64,000 nucleotides of DNA from Cyanidioschyzon merolae (Eukaryota): NCBI GenBank assembly GCA_000091205.1, contig AP006493.2; one strand, given 5' to 3'. Position 1 is the stretch's first letter; each line of letters opens with the position of its first letter. Shown piece after piece: positions 53,860 to 64,000 of this stretch. Position numbers and translations under genes: made by a program. Below the pieces are notes generated by a model, which searched no databases, had not been told where the DNA came from, and saw only the letters and a list, made by a program, of their open reading frames with translations.

Positions 53860-55022
53860 CGTGTCGATCCGGGGCGCCCTGACCACGACATAGTCGCCTC
53901 GTGAATACGATCCGGGTCTGGCCAAAGAAGCCAGGCACGCCTTGCGCTCTATCGCAGGGTGCTTCACCTCAGCTAAAGAGCACGTTTCCTCCAGCTTTGG
54001 CTACGGGTAGATGCCGAATCCGTCTGCTTTTTGAAATATTTCGGCTGGTTCCCTGCCCTTCAGTTGGCCCCGTGCGCCGACAACAGCTTTTGCACCATTC
54101 GCGTCGTAGTCATGAATCCGTTGCCAGGTCGTACGTATGTTCTTGGTACTTTACTTAAGGGCTCTAATGCTTCATGCAATGAGCAGTGCCCTGACGACCT
54201 GTACGTTGCTACGCGCCCGGTCAAATCCGAGGCTCATGGCATTCCGTTCGGCAATGTCCAGACTCCAAACAAACGAAAGACCCCGAGTGCTTCCTCAGTA
54301 TCTGAATAGATACGCTCGATTCGCAGCGCTTGGCACTTTTTCTCGACACAAAATCCACCCTGATCATAGAACAGAAGCAAGCGCAACGATGCTGGCACGC
54401 GAAGACGTGCGTCTCGTGGCAGGTACATCTAAACGTATCCATGTAAACGCAGGCGGATAGTCACAAAGTCCATGCAGATTGGCCATGCCTTGCGCTTCAC
54501 AGATGGACTGCAGTTCCATCCCCCGGGCATCTGCATATAACGCTCCGTAGGAAGCAATGTTGGCTGCTGCGAATGTCACTGGTGCTCGAGGCGCTCGGAC
54601 AGTGGCGTGCTCACAGCTGCGATGATGACCGTTTCAGCCTCAAACAAAACTCTCCCAAGCAGGCAATTATTTTGGACGTCACGGAATCACACCCGCTATC
54701 CTCGACCTTGGAAAGCTGAGTAGTCGCATCTTGGGCAGTACCTGCAAACGTGCGCCTGCCTCTGATGTCACTGTCAGCGTTGTGTGCTACTGGTCTCGGG
54801 AAGGCACACGCGGCTGCATTCGCAAGCAGCCTCGTCACATGAGAATCGTAGTGCTTATCATCGAGAGTTTCACACGAAACGATCGCTGGCTTCCTCGAAA
54901 GACGTTCCCTTCTGAACCGACATGCGCGCTAAACTGCAGTGCGAGACTGCCCCGCAGCTAGTGCCCACTCGAGCCCCACCTGGTCGACAAGAATGTCCAT
55001 ATGCATAGCCAGTACTTTCCGC

Positions 55023-56462
55023 TTAAAACCACGGCTGTCTCTTCCAGAAAGCGACCTGTGAGCGGACCTGCTCAGGCGCAGTACCGCCAAAAATATTACG
55101 CGCTTGCACACTGCGCAACGGATCGAAGAGTTCCAGGCAGTCTGCGGTCGCTTCCGGTACGACACGCTGCATCTCCGTCAGCGTAAGCTCATTCAGACGA
55201 CGGCCTGAGCGAGTGCATTCGCCAACGAGCGCACCCACACGATGATGCGCTTCGCGGAATGGCACGCCGTTCCGAACAAGCCACTCAGCCAGGTCGGTGG
55301 CCATCAGCGACGGATCGCTGGCCGCTGCAAACATTCGCTCCTGGTTCGGCTTCAAAGTGAGGATCATCTCACGGAAAATCTGGAGCAAAGCCTTGTACGT
55401 ATCGAGAGAATCAAAAATTCGCTCCTTATCTTCTTGCATGTCGCGGTTGTAACAGAGTGGCAAACCCTTCATCATGGCGAGCAAGGCAAGCAGATTGCCG
55501 TAGACGCGTCCGGTCTTTCCACGGGTCAGTTCGCAAACATCGGGGTTCTTCTTCTGCGGCATCAGCGAGCTGCCCGTGCAGAAAGCATCACCAAGCTCGA
55601 TCCAACCAGCCTCCTGGCTCATCCAGAAAATCAGGTCCTCACTCATTCTCGACAAATGCATCATCGAGATACTGATTGCAGCGAGTAGCTCGAGTGCAAA
55701 GTCCCGGTCCGACACCGCGTCCATGCTGTTACGGCACGGGCCGTGGCGAAATCCCAGTTGCTCTGCCACGAAGAAGCGATCGATGGGGAGTGTCGTCGTT
55801 GCGATCGCACCGCTCCCCAGCGGACAAAAATCGAGGCGATTGAGCGTATCCTCTAGACGACCTGCATCACGATCGAACATTTCGCAGTAGGCGAGGAAGT
55901 AGTGGCCCAGTACGACCGGCTGTGCGTGCTGCAGATGCGTAAAACCCGGCATAATGACTTGCGCATATTCTTCCGCAAGCGTCACAAGAACCCGCTGGAG
56001 TGACCGGACGAGAGAGATTAGCAGTTGGATCTCATCACGTAGATAAAGCCGCAGATCGGTAGCCACCTGATCGTTGCGAGAGCGCGCTGTGTGCAGCTTC
56101 GAACCGGGCTCCCCGACCAGCCTGGTGAGTCTACTCTCTAGGTTCATGTGGATGTCTTCGAGTTTGATATCGAACGCGCCGAAAGTTCCATTTTCAATTT
56201 GCGAACAAAGTTGGTCAAGTCCAGAAGTGCACTGCGCGGCATCCTCGGCTGTAACGAGACCCTGCTTGGCGAGCATGCGCACGTGGGCCTTCGACTGCGC
56301 TATGTCATGCTTGTAAAGACGGTGATCATAAGAGACCGACTCTGAGATCCTGGCGACAAGCTCATTTGTTTCGGTTGCAAAACGGCCGCCCCAAAGCGCT
56401 CTGTTTTGGCCCTGCTTCGAAGCAGCTGTATCTGCAGGCAACGGGGTTGCGGTTTGATCCAT
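55023..56462 (-). CDS. argH: Argininosuccinate lyase (ARG4/ArgH).
   Basis: Full-length fumarate-lyase fold with LWGGRFA...VSYDHRLY...DIAQSKAHVRML and the lyase signature GSSLMPQKKNPDVCEL. Confidence 0.9.
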   Translation of the reverse strand: MDQTATPLPADTAASKQGQNRALWGGRFATETNELVARISESVSYDHRLYKHDIAQSKAHVRMLAKQGLVTAEDAAQCTSGLDQLCSQIENGTFGAFDIKLEDIHMNLESRLTRLVGEPGSKLHTARSRNDQVATDLRLYLRDEIQLLISLVRSLQRVLVTLAEEYAQVIMPGFTHLQHAQPVVLGHYFLAYCEMFDRDAGRLEDTLNRLDFCPLGSGAIATTTLPIDRFFVAEQLGFRHGPCRNSMDAVSDRDFALELLAAISISMMHLSRMSEDLIFWMSQEAGWIELGDAFCTGSSLMPQKKNPDVCELTRGKTGRVYGNLLALLAMMKGLPLCYNRDMQEDKERIFDSLDTYKALLQIFREMILTLKPNQERMFAAASDPSLMATDLAEWLVRNGVPFREAHHRVGALVGECTRSGRRLNELTLTEMQRVVPEATADCLELFDPLRSVQARNIFGGTAPEQVRSQVAFWKRQPWF

Positions 56463-57594
56463 AGTCTAGGGTACCCACGTGATGCGCTCTTCTCAGTGCA
56501 ACTTGTCCGAAAACTTAGGCCAGTGCAGATGTGTTGCGTTCCCCGCACTCGAATGGGAAAGTACGGAGAACCCGCCTCAAAAATGCTCGATCTTGCTCAA
56601 GTCTCGTTGCACGAACGTAAGCTAAAGCAGCGTGCTGTGGGTTGCCATTGGCCTCCCATCCGCATCGCGTAGGTGGCGGCCCTGCTCGGGGGCCAACGGC
56701 TTCCAGGAACATTATGATATAAACTGGACATGGCGCGCCACCCGCCATTGCCTCCCTTTTTATGTATATCGCTGCACAAACTGGACATTGCGCGATCCCA
56801 ACTGGTGTTGCGCTGATGATCGCCTGCTGGCGCCAGAACCGCGGGCGACTGCCGGTTGCGCCGAAGTACGCCACGGCCGATACTGCTTTGCTGCGAGCGA
56901 CGCTCGGTATCGCAACGTATATTTGTCGCACAGGATGATGTACACGAGCCGTGGAATCCCCGCCTGCAAGATTATAACCCGCTTCCAGGTAGATAATCAT
57001 CCTGCCGCATTGGAGATTCAAGTTCCACCAAACATCACAACAACTCAGAATTCCTTCTAGGAATCAAGGATCATGGATGCGATTCTCCGTGTGCCGAGCC
57101 GGCAGCGAGCACCCGCCACGAAACCTATAGGACTGCTCTGAACGCAGCATGGAAGCAGAACGGCTTTTTCATACCCTTGTGGACGTCCGCTCGAAGCCAA
57201 CACGGACAGCATACCGCCTTTCACAGCATCCATAGCACCCGCTCTTTGCTTGCTATCGTCTCCGACACAGAACCATCCCGATAAGCACTCGGCAATGAGC
57301 GCTGCCGCGTCGCTGTCTCTCGCAACTGGCTGCAGGTGTCACCCCAGAAGGAGTACCTTACCTGGGGACGCCTGCCATGCACGCGCGCGCAGTCCGCCCT
57401 CGCCCGACGATCCGCAGCGCGAGCGCCGCACGGCGTCGTGCCGCAATGCGCAATCGACGCGGCGATTTTCGCGCCAAACGCTTCACCGGCAACACGCTGC
57501 CTGCAAGGTGCCATGAACCCTGGGTACGCGCGCTCTCTGCAGTGCCAGGGACGCTGTTTTCGGGAACGTTCTTCTGAATCGTCCAATCTACGCT

Positions 57595-60500
57595 ATGGAC
57601 TGGAAGGCGCTTCTGATTTGCTGTGAATCGAGGTGTTCCACAGCGGGTCCCGTGCTGGAACTTGCTCGACTGGTAGCAACCTGGGACGTTGTTCCACAGG
57701 AGCGCTCCGTGCAGGGTGCAGCTACGCTTTCTTTCATCGCTAGGGGCATTGGAACCGGGTTTTTGGACCATGAGGCTTTACGAATCGATCGGGAGAACGC
57801 TTTGCGAACCCTAAACGATATCCTTGTTGACGACCACCACGTTCGAGTCATGGCTGCAGTGGCTGAGCGCGTTTCCGAGAAGTTTGCGACAAGTTGGACG
57901 CCACACGCTTTCTCTACGGTGCCGTTGCCGCCAAGCGAGGCACATACGCCGCGGACCGAAGCTTGCCAAAGCGTCGGCAACGGCTACGAACAATTGCTGC
58001 GTTCCGTGCTGGAACGATTGAAGGCTCAAAACCCGGCGCTCTTCAGTGCCCCAAGGGTACCTTCTGCAGGCTCGCAGCAGGTGCTACGCGCTCCGCCAGC
58101 GGGTACGCATATGGGCAGCTCTCGAAAGCGTCAGCGTTTAGAACACACCAAAGCAAACAGAAATCTAGATTTGCCGAAAGCACAGTCGGTTTGGTCATCG
58201 ACATGCGAGACGGCGACAGCTACAACCGGGAGCGGATTGAATGCTCTCGAGTCGGCGCCAGCACCATCATCCACGTACAACAAACCGGAGCTCCCAGCTG
58301 GACCGCCACTGTTCGATCCAGACCAACAACGCGTTTTGCATGAAACCAGCACGCTACTGACCTCTGCCTTAGAGGCGTTGGATCACTATGGCGAGTTACC
58401 ACCGAGGGCGGCGAATGCAGCCGTCCACCGCGTCTGTGCTGCACTTGGGATCGCTAGCGCCCTTCCAGCTAATGCAGTTGATGAAGCGCCGGCTCTCCGG
58501 TCGCTTTTGCAACGAGGCCTCGATTGGTGTGCGCACTTGTTGGCCGACAATTCGCCAAGCAGCTGGAGCGCACGCGCAGCTGTTAGCGAATGGGTCTTTT
58601 TGGTCGTGGTTAATTCGTCGAGCTCGCTGCGGGAGGCGCTTCATGAAGAGCACCTTGTTCTGGCGATGCAGACACTCCGCGAAGGCCTACATGCCGTAGC
58701 AAAAACTTTCGGTCAGCTGGTCGATTCCGAAAGTGATGAACACCAAGGAACACAGCGAGACGGGATCGACCAAACGCACCGACAGGCGGGATTGCGTCAG
58801 TGGAACAAGTGCGTGCAGCTTGTTGTTCGACTGACAAATTTTGTGCAGTCTTGCCCCGAGATCGCGGAAAGTCAACGTTTCCAGTCGATATCTCTCTCGC
58901 TGTTTGCACTTCATGTCGCCGACACTCTTCTGGACGAGGTGCTCCGGAGCTCAGAATCCCTCAGCCCGGCAGATACGCGCGAGCTCATCCAACGATCCGG
59001 GAGCCTGTGGTCCTCGACGACTCGCCTATTGTGCCAGACATATGCGGCGTATGCTCAATGCCGTCATCTGGTCCTCGAGGAAGTGCAAACGCTGTTGCGG
59101 CGAAGCCGCTGCGGATACCTCAGTGAAGAGAAAACTCGCAACAGCGTTGTTTCGCCAGTAACAGTCGAGACAAGTGCGGAGCGTTGGCCCCCGCTGGAAC
59201 TCGTCCTGGAATTTATCGATGTTGTAGGCCGCATCGAGTTCGCCCCGTTGCTGGTCGGAGACTCGACATGTTCGGATGCGTCCGTCGATCGAGTGAGCGC
59301 TCGCTGTAGCCCGACCGCGCTCAAGAAGCGCGCCGCCGCCACCACCACCACCAACACCACCAAACCCAGCCCGAGAGACCTCCTCGACACCTCGGCACGG
59401 TTTTTCGACACCGTAAGGACGCTCATCGACGCGCTTCTATCAGGCGGCAAAGCTACAGTTTTTGTTGGAGTCAACGACTGCTTTCCGACCATTCTCAGCT
59501 ATCTGCGCAATAGCATGAGAAAGCTGGAAGCAACAACACCCGCACCGCTGATCTTTCTGCAGTTCCTTATACGTCATACGCAAATGATAGCGAGCACCCA
59601 GCAAGCGCTGCAAGCTGAAGACCATCTGCTTCTCGCAGAGCGTTGCCTTCTCCTTGCAAATTTTCTCGACGACTTTTGTGATACGGAATTGCCGCATGAC
59701 TCAGATGCAGCTCCCCGAGAAAGTTTCTCGCATCTAGTGCAAGCGCTCGCGACTCAGCATCCATTGTGGCTGGCGCTGTGGGGATGCCTGCTGCCAATGC
59801 AAACGGACCATGAAACACTAGTTCATACTACAACTGTCCTAGAATCGCCATCATACCACAATGGAATGTTCCGGATTCAGTACTCTGAGTCAATGCTCTC
59901 GAGTGCTTCCCTTCTCTGCCTCGTCAAGCCTGCATTGAAGCGGATTCACGATTTGCTCGAAAGCGTCGCGTGTTTGCGCCTATCTCAAGTGATGCGCTCA
60001 GGCCGCGCAACGCTTCGCGCTCGCGCTATGCGACTCTTTAGCGAGGTGAGAGGTATATTGCAGCCGGCTGCAAACGAGTGTGCTCCAAGTCACGTACAGA
60101 CGCTGGACTCGGTGCGAGGTAGACAGGAAAATACTCCTGAACTTCAGAGTACAACGATGGTTACAGCGTCAAATCCGTTGTGCATTTTAACTGCACATGC
60201 ATTTCGAACCACCACCAGTGCGTGCACACCCTTTACAGCATCCAATGAAACTGCGTTGGAAACCGCCTCTAGTTCCGTTGACGACATGATCAAGTTTGCG
60301 TCTACCTGTTGTCTGGATGTTTCACCCAAAGTCCGTGAAGCCGCTCTCACATGCTATGTATCGTGGATGCGTCGTGCGCGCAGACCCAGCGCTGTATCCG
60401 AAACGCTTCTCGGACGCTTGCGCGATATCTCGGTCGCTGTTCGCCAGAAAGCTCTGGTTTTGCTGGATGCAATTTTTCAGGATCATGAGCAGCTCGACAA

Positions 60501-63189
60501 CCACGCGTGGTCGCCGATGGCAGCGCATATACTCGCACGGCTGGATGATCCGTCACCGAGCGTCCAGCGTCTCGCTCAGCGCGTTCTGCTCAAACATATT
60601 TTTCAACGCCAGCTTGTGTATCGCGAGCGCGCACCGACTTGCCCCGACACATCCGATGACTGCTTCGACCTGAACCTCTCAGATTCTGACGCAGCATCTG
60701 ACCGAGAGCGGACGGTTGTTGGACAGGCCCTGCGTCGGCGCCGTCTCCGCGTGCGTTACCTGGATGAGCAACACTCCTGGCTGGTGAGCTCTGTGTCGCA
60801 TGCGTCTGCGACGTCGGCTTCTATGGACTTGTCCTTCCAGCGGCTGAAACAAATGCTGAACGCTCTGCCGCAAGCGCTGTCGGTATCCAGTTCGTTACCG
60901 ATACCGGTACTCATGGAGCGTCTCCTGCTAGTTGGTGACAAAATCGTGTGCCTCTTTCGCGCGGAGGCGACGGCCTTGGTAGGCCTCGCGATGCGCGACC
61001 AGGCTTACGGCTTGCTCGCCATCTTGGCGCAGCTTGATGCCAACCTGCTGCGTCCTCATCTGCCGCTGCTCATCGACGAGATTCGCCTTCTCGCTGCCGA
61101 ATGTCCAATCGCTCTGCCCTCAGCTACAGAACAAGTTTTCCTATGGATCCTGCGTGCGCTGATGAACTGTACTCGCGTGCTAGGCCAGGCGCGGGCGCAG
61201 GTGCAGCTCTGGTCGACTCTGGAGAGCGCTGTCGTGCGCCTTATTCTTCAACTGCAGTCAGCGAACGATGGACTCGCTGATGAGGCCAACCGTCTTCTAC
61301 GCTTGTTGCACGATCACAACGAACATCTTGCCACAGGAGCACAACGCAGTGCCGCGTACTGGCAGCGTGTCCGGTGGTTGTGGACGTTCGTCGAGCTCCA
61401 TCAGAACGTTGCGGATGGAGAGTCTGGTGTCGAAACCTCAAGCGCACCTTCAGCGGCAGTGGTAGGTCTTGCTTTGCAGCGACTTGGCAGACTCATTCGT
61501 TACGCGCCGAAGGCACCTCCTGATGTGGCCATTCCCTTGAACAATCTGCACGATCGGTTGCTGACATGCTGCGCAACGCTCCCGGCTGCACTGATGTGCC
61601 CAGCGGCCGAGATGACGACGCCTAGGCTAACGGTACTCAGCGGTGCATTTGAATGTCTGCTGCAGCTTTCGCGCTGCGATGGGCATTTCGCCCTGAAACA
61701 ATTACCTCTATGGCAAAAGCTGTTGCAGTCTGGCTGTATCACAAGCGAGACCACATCAGGTTCACAATGCTTGTCACTGCTCCTCGGCATACAGGAACGG
61801 CTTCTGAGACATCTCGTCGAGTTTGTCGAAAGCGAACGCGCCGTTGGCGCTGCGTCCACAGCAACAGCGACGCTCCCGAGCAGCTCCAGCAACGTCATGC
61901 GACCCATCGTAGGCGGCCGGATACGCGTTCAAGCTGAACCCGACCGCGACAACTCGCAAAATGCGACCACATCATCGTGGGAGAACTGTTCCATCGCCGC
62001 CATAGACGAATCAGAAAAGGAATGCAACGTCATGTTTGGGACGATTCAGTCCATCTTGCCGAGTCTCGCGGAGGTGCTGCAAACGTCGTTGCTTGGCAAA
62101 TCGAATTCGGCACTGGTTTCTGCTGCTCGCCTGTGCCAAGTTGCACTCATCGAAGGCATTCTAACTCCAGAGCGTCTACTCAGTCCGTTGTGCTACATCT
62201 TTTGGACATTGTGGGTTCGGAATGAAGCCATAGCGACCACTCCTAAGCGCTGTTTGATGGGCGCAGATCATCCCAGCGCCGTTGCGAAGGGGGCTTTGCT
62301 GCATCTCCTCAGGGATGCGCCACAGCAGGTAGCAGCGGGCCTCGGCGATGGCCTACTAACGGCCTGGCGATCGTGCTATGACGAGCACTGGACTAGGGAG
62401 AGCGTTGGTGCGAGCGCAGCAGTTGGCACCGTGCACGCAGCCTCCGGAAGTCACGTTCACGTAGCGACTGCGAAGACGCAGGTGTCCCTGACGGACGCGT
62501 TTCTCCGCTTGAACCTGGGATACGAGGGCAACGAGCATGTTTGCGGCTTCCTGTTCTCAGCGCTGAAGGGTACCTGCTTTCGTCGGCGAGTCCTTCAGAG
62601 CATCGTGCAGGCGATCACTGCACCAGCGACCGACGAAAGATATCCGCTAAGCGTGCGCTGTGCGGCTGCCTTGTTTCTCGCAACTATCTCCGCTATTGAC
62701 CATACACTGCAGTCACAAAGAAACCTGCACCACGAACTGCACCTGCTTCTAGAAGCCCTGGAACACAGTCTTGATGAGCTCGAAGTCGCTGTAGAGGCTG
62801 TTCTCGGTTCCGCAACACCAAGTGACACGTCTCCGGGTGACGCGAGCCCGCAGCCAACGGAAACCGCTATTTGCTGTGGGTTTGTCCTGCAGCTTCGCCT
62901 ATACCTTCTGCTGCGAGCCCGGTATCACGCACTACGGTCCGTTGCCGCTCGCGAAGCGCTGGCGGGCCTGGCTGCACCGATCGTGCCGATCGCATGGCCC
63001 GAGCTCCGCGCGATAACGAACGCTGCGCTGGCGCAGTGGAGAGACACCACGACGGATGATGTGGCGCTGGACGAAGCGCCCTGCACTCATCCCGAGTCTG
63101 ATCAGGGGTCAGCGGCCGACGCCTCTACCGACAGTGTACCAGACGATGAAACATGGGATACCGAGGAGTCCTGCGGAGACGTGTCGTAG
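57595..63189 (+). CDS. Very large hypothetical protein (1864 aa), alpha-helical and HEAT/ARM-repeat-like, with no specific family recognised.
   Basis: A 5.6 kb uninterrupted ORF with Leu-rich helical repeats (for example LLDAIFQDHEQLDNHAWSPMAAHILARLDDPSPSVQRLAQRVLLKHIF) and an acidic C-terminus. Confidence 0.5.
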   Translation: MDWKALLICCESRCSTAGPVLELARLVATWDVVPQERSVQGAATLSFIARGIGTGFLDHEALRIDRENALRTLNDILVDDHHVRVMAAVAERVSEKFATSWTPHAFSTVPLPPSEAHTPRTEACQSVGNGYEQLLRSVLERLKAQNPALFSAPRVPSAGSQQVLRAPPAGTHMGSSRKRQRLEHTKANRNLDLPKAQSVWSSTCETATATTGSGLNALESAPAPSSTYNKPELPAGPPLFDPDQQRVLHETSTLLTSALEALDHYGELPPRAANAAVHRVCAALGIASALPANAVDEAPALRSLLQRGLDWCAHLLADNSPSSWSARAAVSEWVFLVVVNSSSSLREALHEEHLVLAMQTLREGLHAVAKTFGQLVDSESDEHQGTQRDGIDQTHRQAGLRQWNKCVQLVVRLTNFVQSCPEIAESQRFQSISLSLFALHVADTLLDEVLRSSESLSPADTRELIQRSGSLWSSTTRLLCQTYAAYAQCRHLVLEEVQTLLRRSRCGYLSEEKTRNSVVSPVTVETSAERWPPLELVLEFIDVVGRIEFAPLLVGDSTCSDASVDRVSARCSPTALKKRAAATTTTNTTKPSPRDLLDTSARFFDTVRTLIDALLSGGKATVFVGVNDCFPTILSYLRNSMRKLEATTPAPLIFLQFLIRHTQMIASTQQALQAEDHLLLAERCLLLANFLDDFCDTELPHDSDAAPRESFSHLVQALATQHPLWLALWGCLLPMQTDHETLVHTTTVLESPSYHNGMFRIQYSESMLSSASLLCLVKPALKRIHDLLESVACLRLSQVMRSGRATLRARAMRLFSEVRGILQPAANECAPSHVQTLDSVRGRQENTPELQSTTMVTASNPLCILTAHAFRTTTSACTPFTASNETALETASSSVDDMIKFASTCCLDVSPKVREAALTCYVSWMRRARRPSAVSETLLGRLRDISVAVRQKALVLLDAIFQDHEQLDNHAWSPMAAHILARLDDPSPSVQRLAQRVLLKHIFQRQLVYRERAPTCPDTSDDCFDLNLSDSDAASDRERTVVGQALRRRRLRVRYLDEQHSWLVSSVSHASATSASMDLSFQRLKQMLNALPQALSVSSSLPIPVLMERLLLVGDKIVCLFRAEATALVGLAMRDQAYGLLAILAQLDANLLRPHLPLLIDEIRLLAAECPIALPSATEQVFLWILRALMNCTRVLGQARAQVQLWSTLESAVVRLILQLQSANDGLADEANRLLRLLHDHNEHLATGAQRSAAYWQRVRWLWTFVELHQNVADGESGVETSSAPSAAVVGLALQRLGRLIRYAPKAPPDVAIPLNNLHDRLLTCCATLPAALMCPAAEMTTPRLTVLSGAFECLLQLSRCDGHFALKQLPLWQKLLQSGCITSETTSGSQCLSLLLGIQERLLRHLVEFVESERAVGAASTATATLPSSSSNVMRPIVGGRIRVQAEPDRDNSQNATTSSWENCSIAAIDESEKECNVMFGTIQSILPSLAEVLQTSLLGKSNSALVSAARLCQVALIEGILTPERLLSPLCYIFWTLWVRNEAIATTPKRCLMGADHPSAVAKGALLHLLRDAPQQVAAGLGDGLLTAWRSCYDEHWTRESVGASAAVGTVHAASGSHVHVATAKTQVSLTDAFLRLNLGYEGNEHVCGFLFSALKGTCFRRRVLQSIVQAITAPATDERYPLSVRCAAALFLATISAIDHTLQSQRNLHHELHLLLEALEHSLDELEVAVEAVLGSATPSDTSPGDASPQPTETAICCGFVLQLRLYLLLRARYHALRSVAAREALAGLAAPIVPIAWPELRAITNAALAQWRDTTTDDVALDEAPCTHPESDQGSAADASTDSVPDDETWDTEESCGDVS

Positions 63190-64000
63190 CCAGCAGAACG
63201 CCTAGCGACGCGCGTCATACGTGTACGCACGGGTCCGTGTAAACCGCAACCTGTGCCCCATGTTTCTTCGTTGCAGCGCTTCCCATGCCGCATTCGCAGG
63301 TACTCCAGTTCCGTGCGCAGTCAGCGGTGACGCGGAAACGCGGTTTCCGCTGGCCAATCGTCCAGACCTCCGACCGTACTGCCGCCTGCTCTCTATATTA
63401 GAAGCACATCCTGAATACGGCGTCTGCTCGGCGCGTTCTAACTGTTTTCTCCGAAAGAACTGCAGTACCGCCGCTGAACATGGGTTAGAGCCAGGGAATC
63501 GGGCCCGCATTGGATTATATCCAACTCGAATGCCGTCGTCTCTAGAGTTCAATAATCGGTCGTTGTACACGCTTTGAAAGCATGAGCGCACAGCGTCTCC
63601 ATTGCCCGTACAACAATTCAAAATAGAAACGCATGCATCTATGCGTACGTGCACGCACGCATACACGCGCTTCCCGCGCATTCGTTGCTGTCGCTGCCGC
63701 CAGTGAACCTCTCCATGTCCGATGCCGGGATCCAGGGCATGCCTGGTCGCATGGATTCCGCATCCCTGGAGCGATGTGTGCACTCAGTTCTGCAAGTGAT
63801 CCATGCAGGGCATTTGTATCCCATGCGTCGCCAATGCATGTGGCATGTGATCTGTCAGACGACCACAGCAAAGGTGTCACAATGCTGTATTGTGCTCGTG
63901 CGGCCACCAAGTCGGCAGTGCAGTTGGCGTCTGAAGCAGACACTCGGCGCACGCTAGAACATACAAAACGACCAGTGCATCTGAAACGAAGGAAAAGTAA

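Noticed and set aside
1-64000. A prokaryotic interpretation (operons, defence islands, a CRISPR array).
   Set aside because: Genes alternate strands with kb-scale spacers. Proteins include a BET bromodomain protein, calmodulin, GPAT3/4, an N-terminal presequence on MnmE and IF-2, and a spliceosomal acceptor in the calmodulin gene. The only tandem repeats are microsatellites and a 2 x 63 bp duplication. No repeat-spacer array is present.
1-64000. Apicomplexan (Toxoplasma-like) or kinetoplastid origin, suggested by GC-rich low-complexity giant ORFs.
   Set aside because: Kinetoplastid polycistronic strand clusters are absent because the strands alternate. An LCL3-like nuclease, GT71 mannosyltransferase, PRY/CAP proteins, ARA2-like AKR and argininosuccinate lyase together fit a fungus better. 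This is still only an inference.

Overview
This is GC-rich, intron-poor eukaryotic nuclear DNA. Long single-exon genes sit on alternating strands, with kb-scale intergenic spacers, microsatellites and at least one spliceosomal intron (calmodulin-like gene). It is not a prokaryotic locus, so no operons, CRISPR arrays, rRNA or tRNA genes were recognised. The gene content suggests a GC-rich, intron-poor fungus (an LCL3-like thermonuclease, a GT71 MNN1/MNN2-type mannosyltransferase, an ARA2/L-galactose-dehydrogenase-like aldo-keto reductase, CAP/PRY-type secreted proteins, a BET bromodomain protein, GPAT3/4, argininosuccinate lyase). Taxon assignment is inference only. Confident housekeeping genes are an AKR, a BET protein, GPAT3/4, a calmodulin-like gene (exon 2 onward), the stomatin-like SLP2, MnmE/MSS1, an LCL3-like nuclease, mitochondrial IF-2, ASL and a mannosyltransferase. 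There are also three large orphan proteins (1544, 1689 and 1864 aa) and a head-to-head pair of CAP-domain paralogs.

Two repeat families go beyond ordinary gene content.
- Three decayed copies of a Fanzor/TnpB-like (OMEGA-family RuvC nuclease) element lie at about 1-1745, 19560-22690 and 34250-34830. The middle copy keeps recognisable RuvC-I, RuvC-II (EYRTS) and RuvC-III (NRDLNAAINI) motifs, but has a D-to-G change at the RuvC-I aspartate and several frameshifts.
- A 1.35 kb dispersed repeat occurs in three copies of about 97% or higher identity, two direct and one inverted. Each carries the same frameshifted remnant of a retroviral-type DDE integrase core (D..D-35-E).

A short block (about 43 nt; 89% versus roughly 70% elsewhere in the aligned region) at the 5' side of the Fanzor-like relics is more conserved than the surrounding relic sequence and may be a structured RNA or cis element. 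All coordinates and protein calls rest on reading the supplied ORF translations and sequence by eye; no searches were run.
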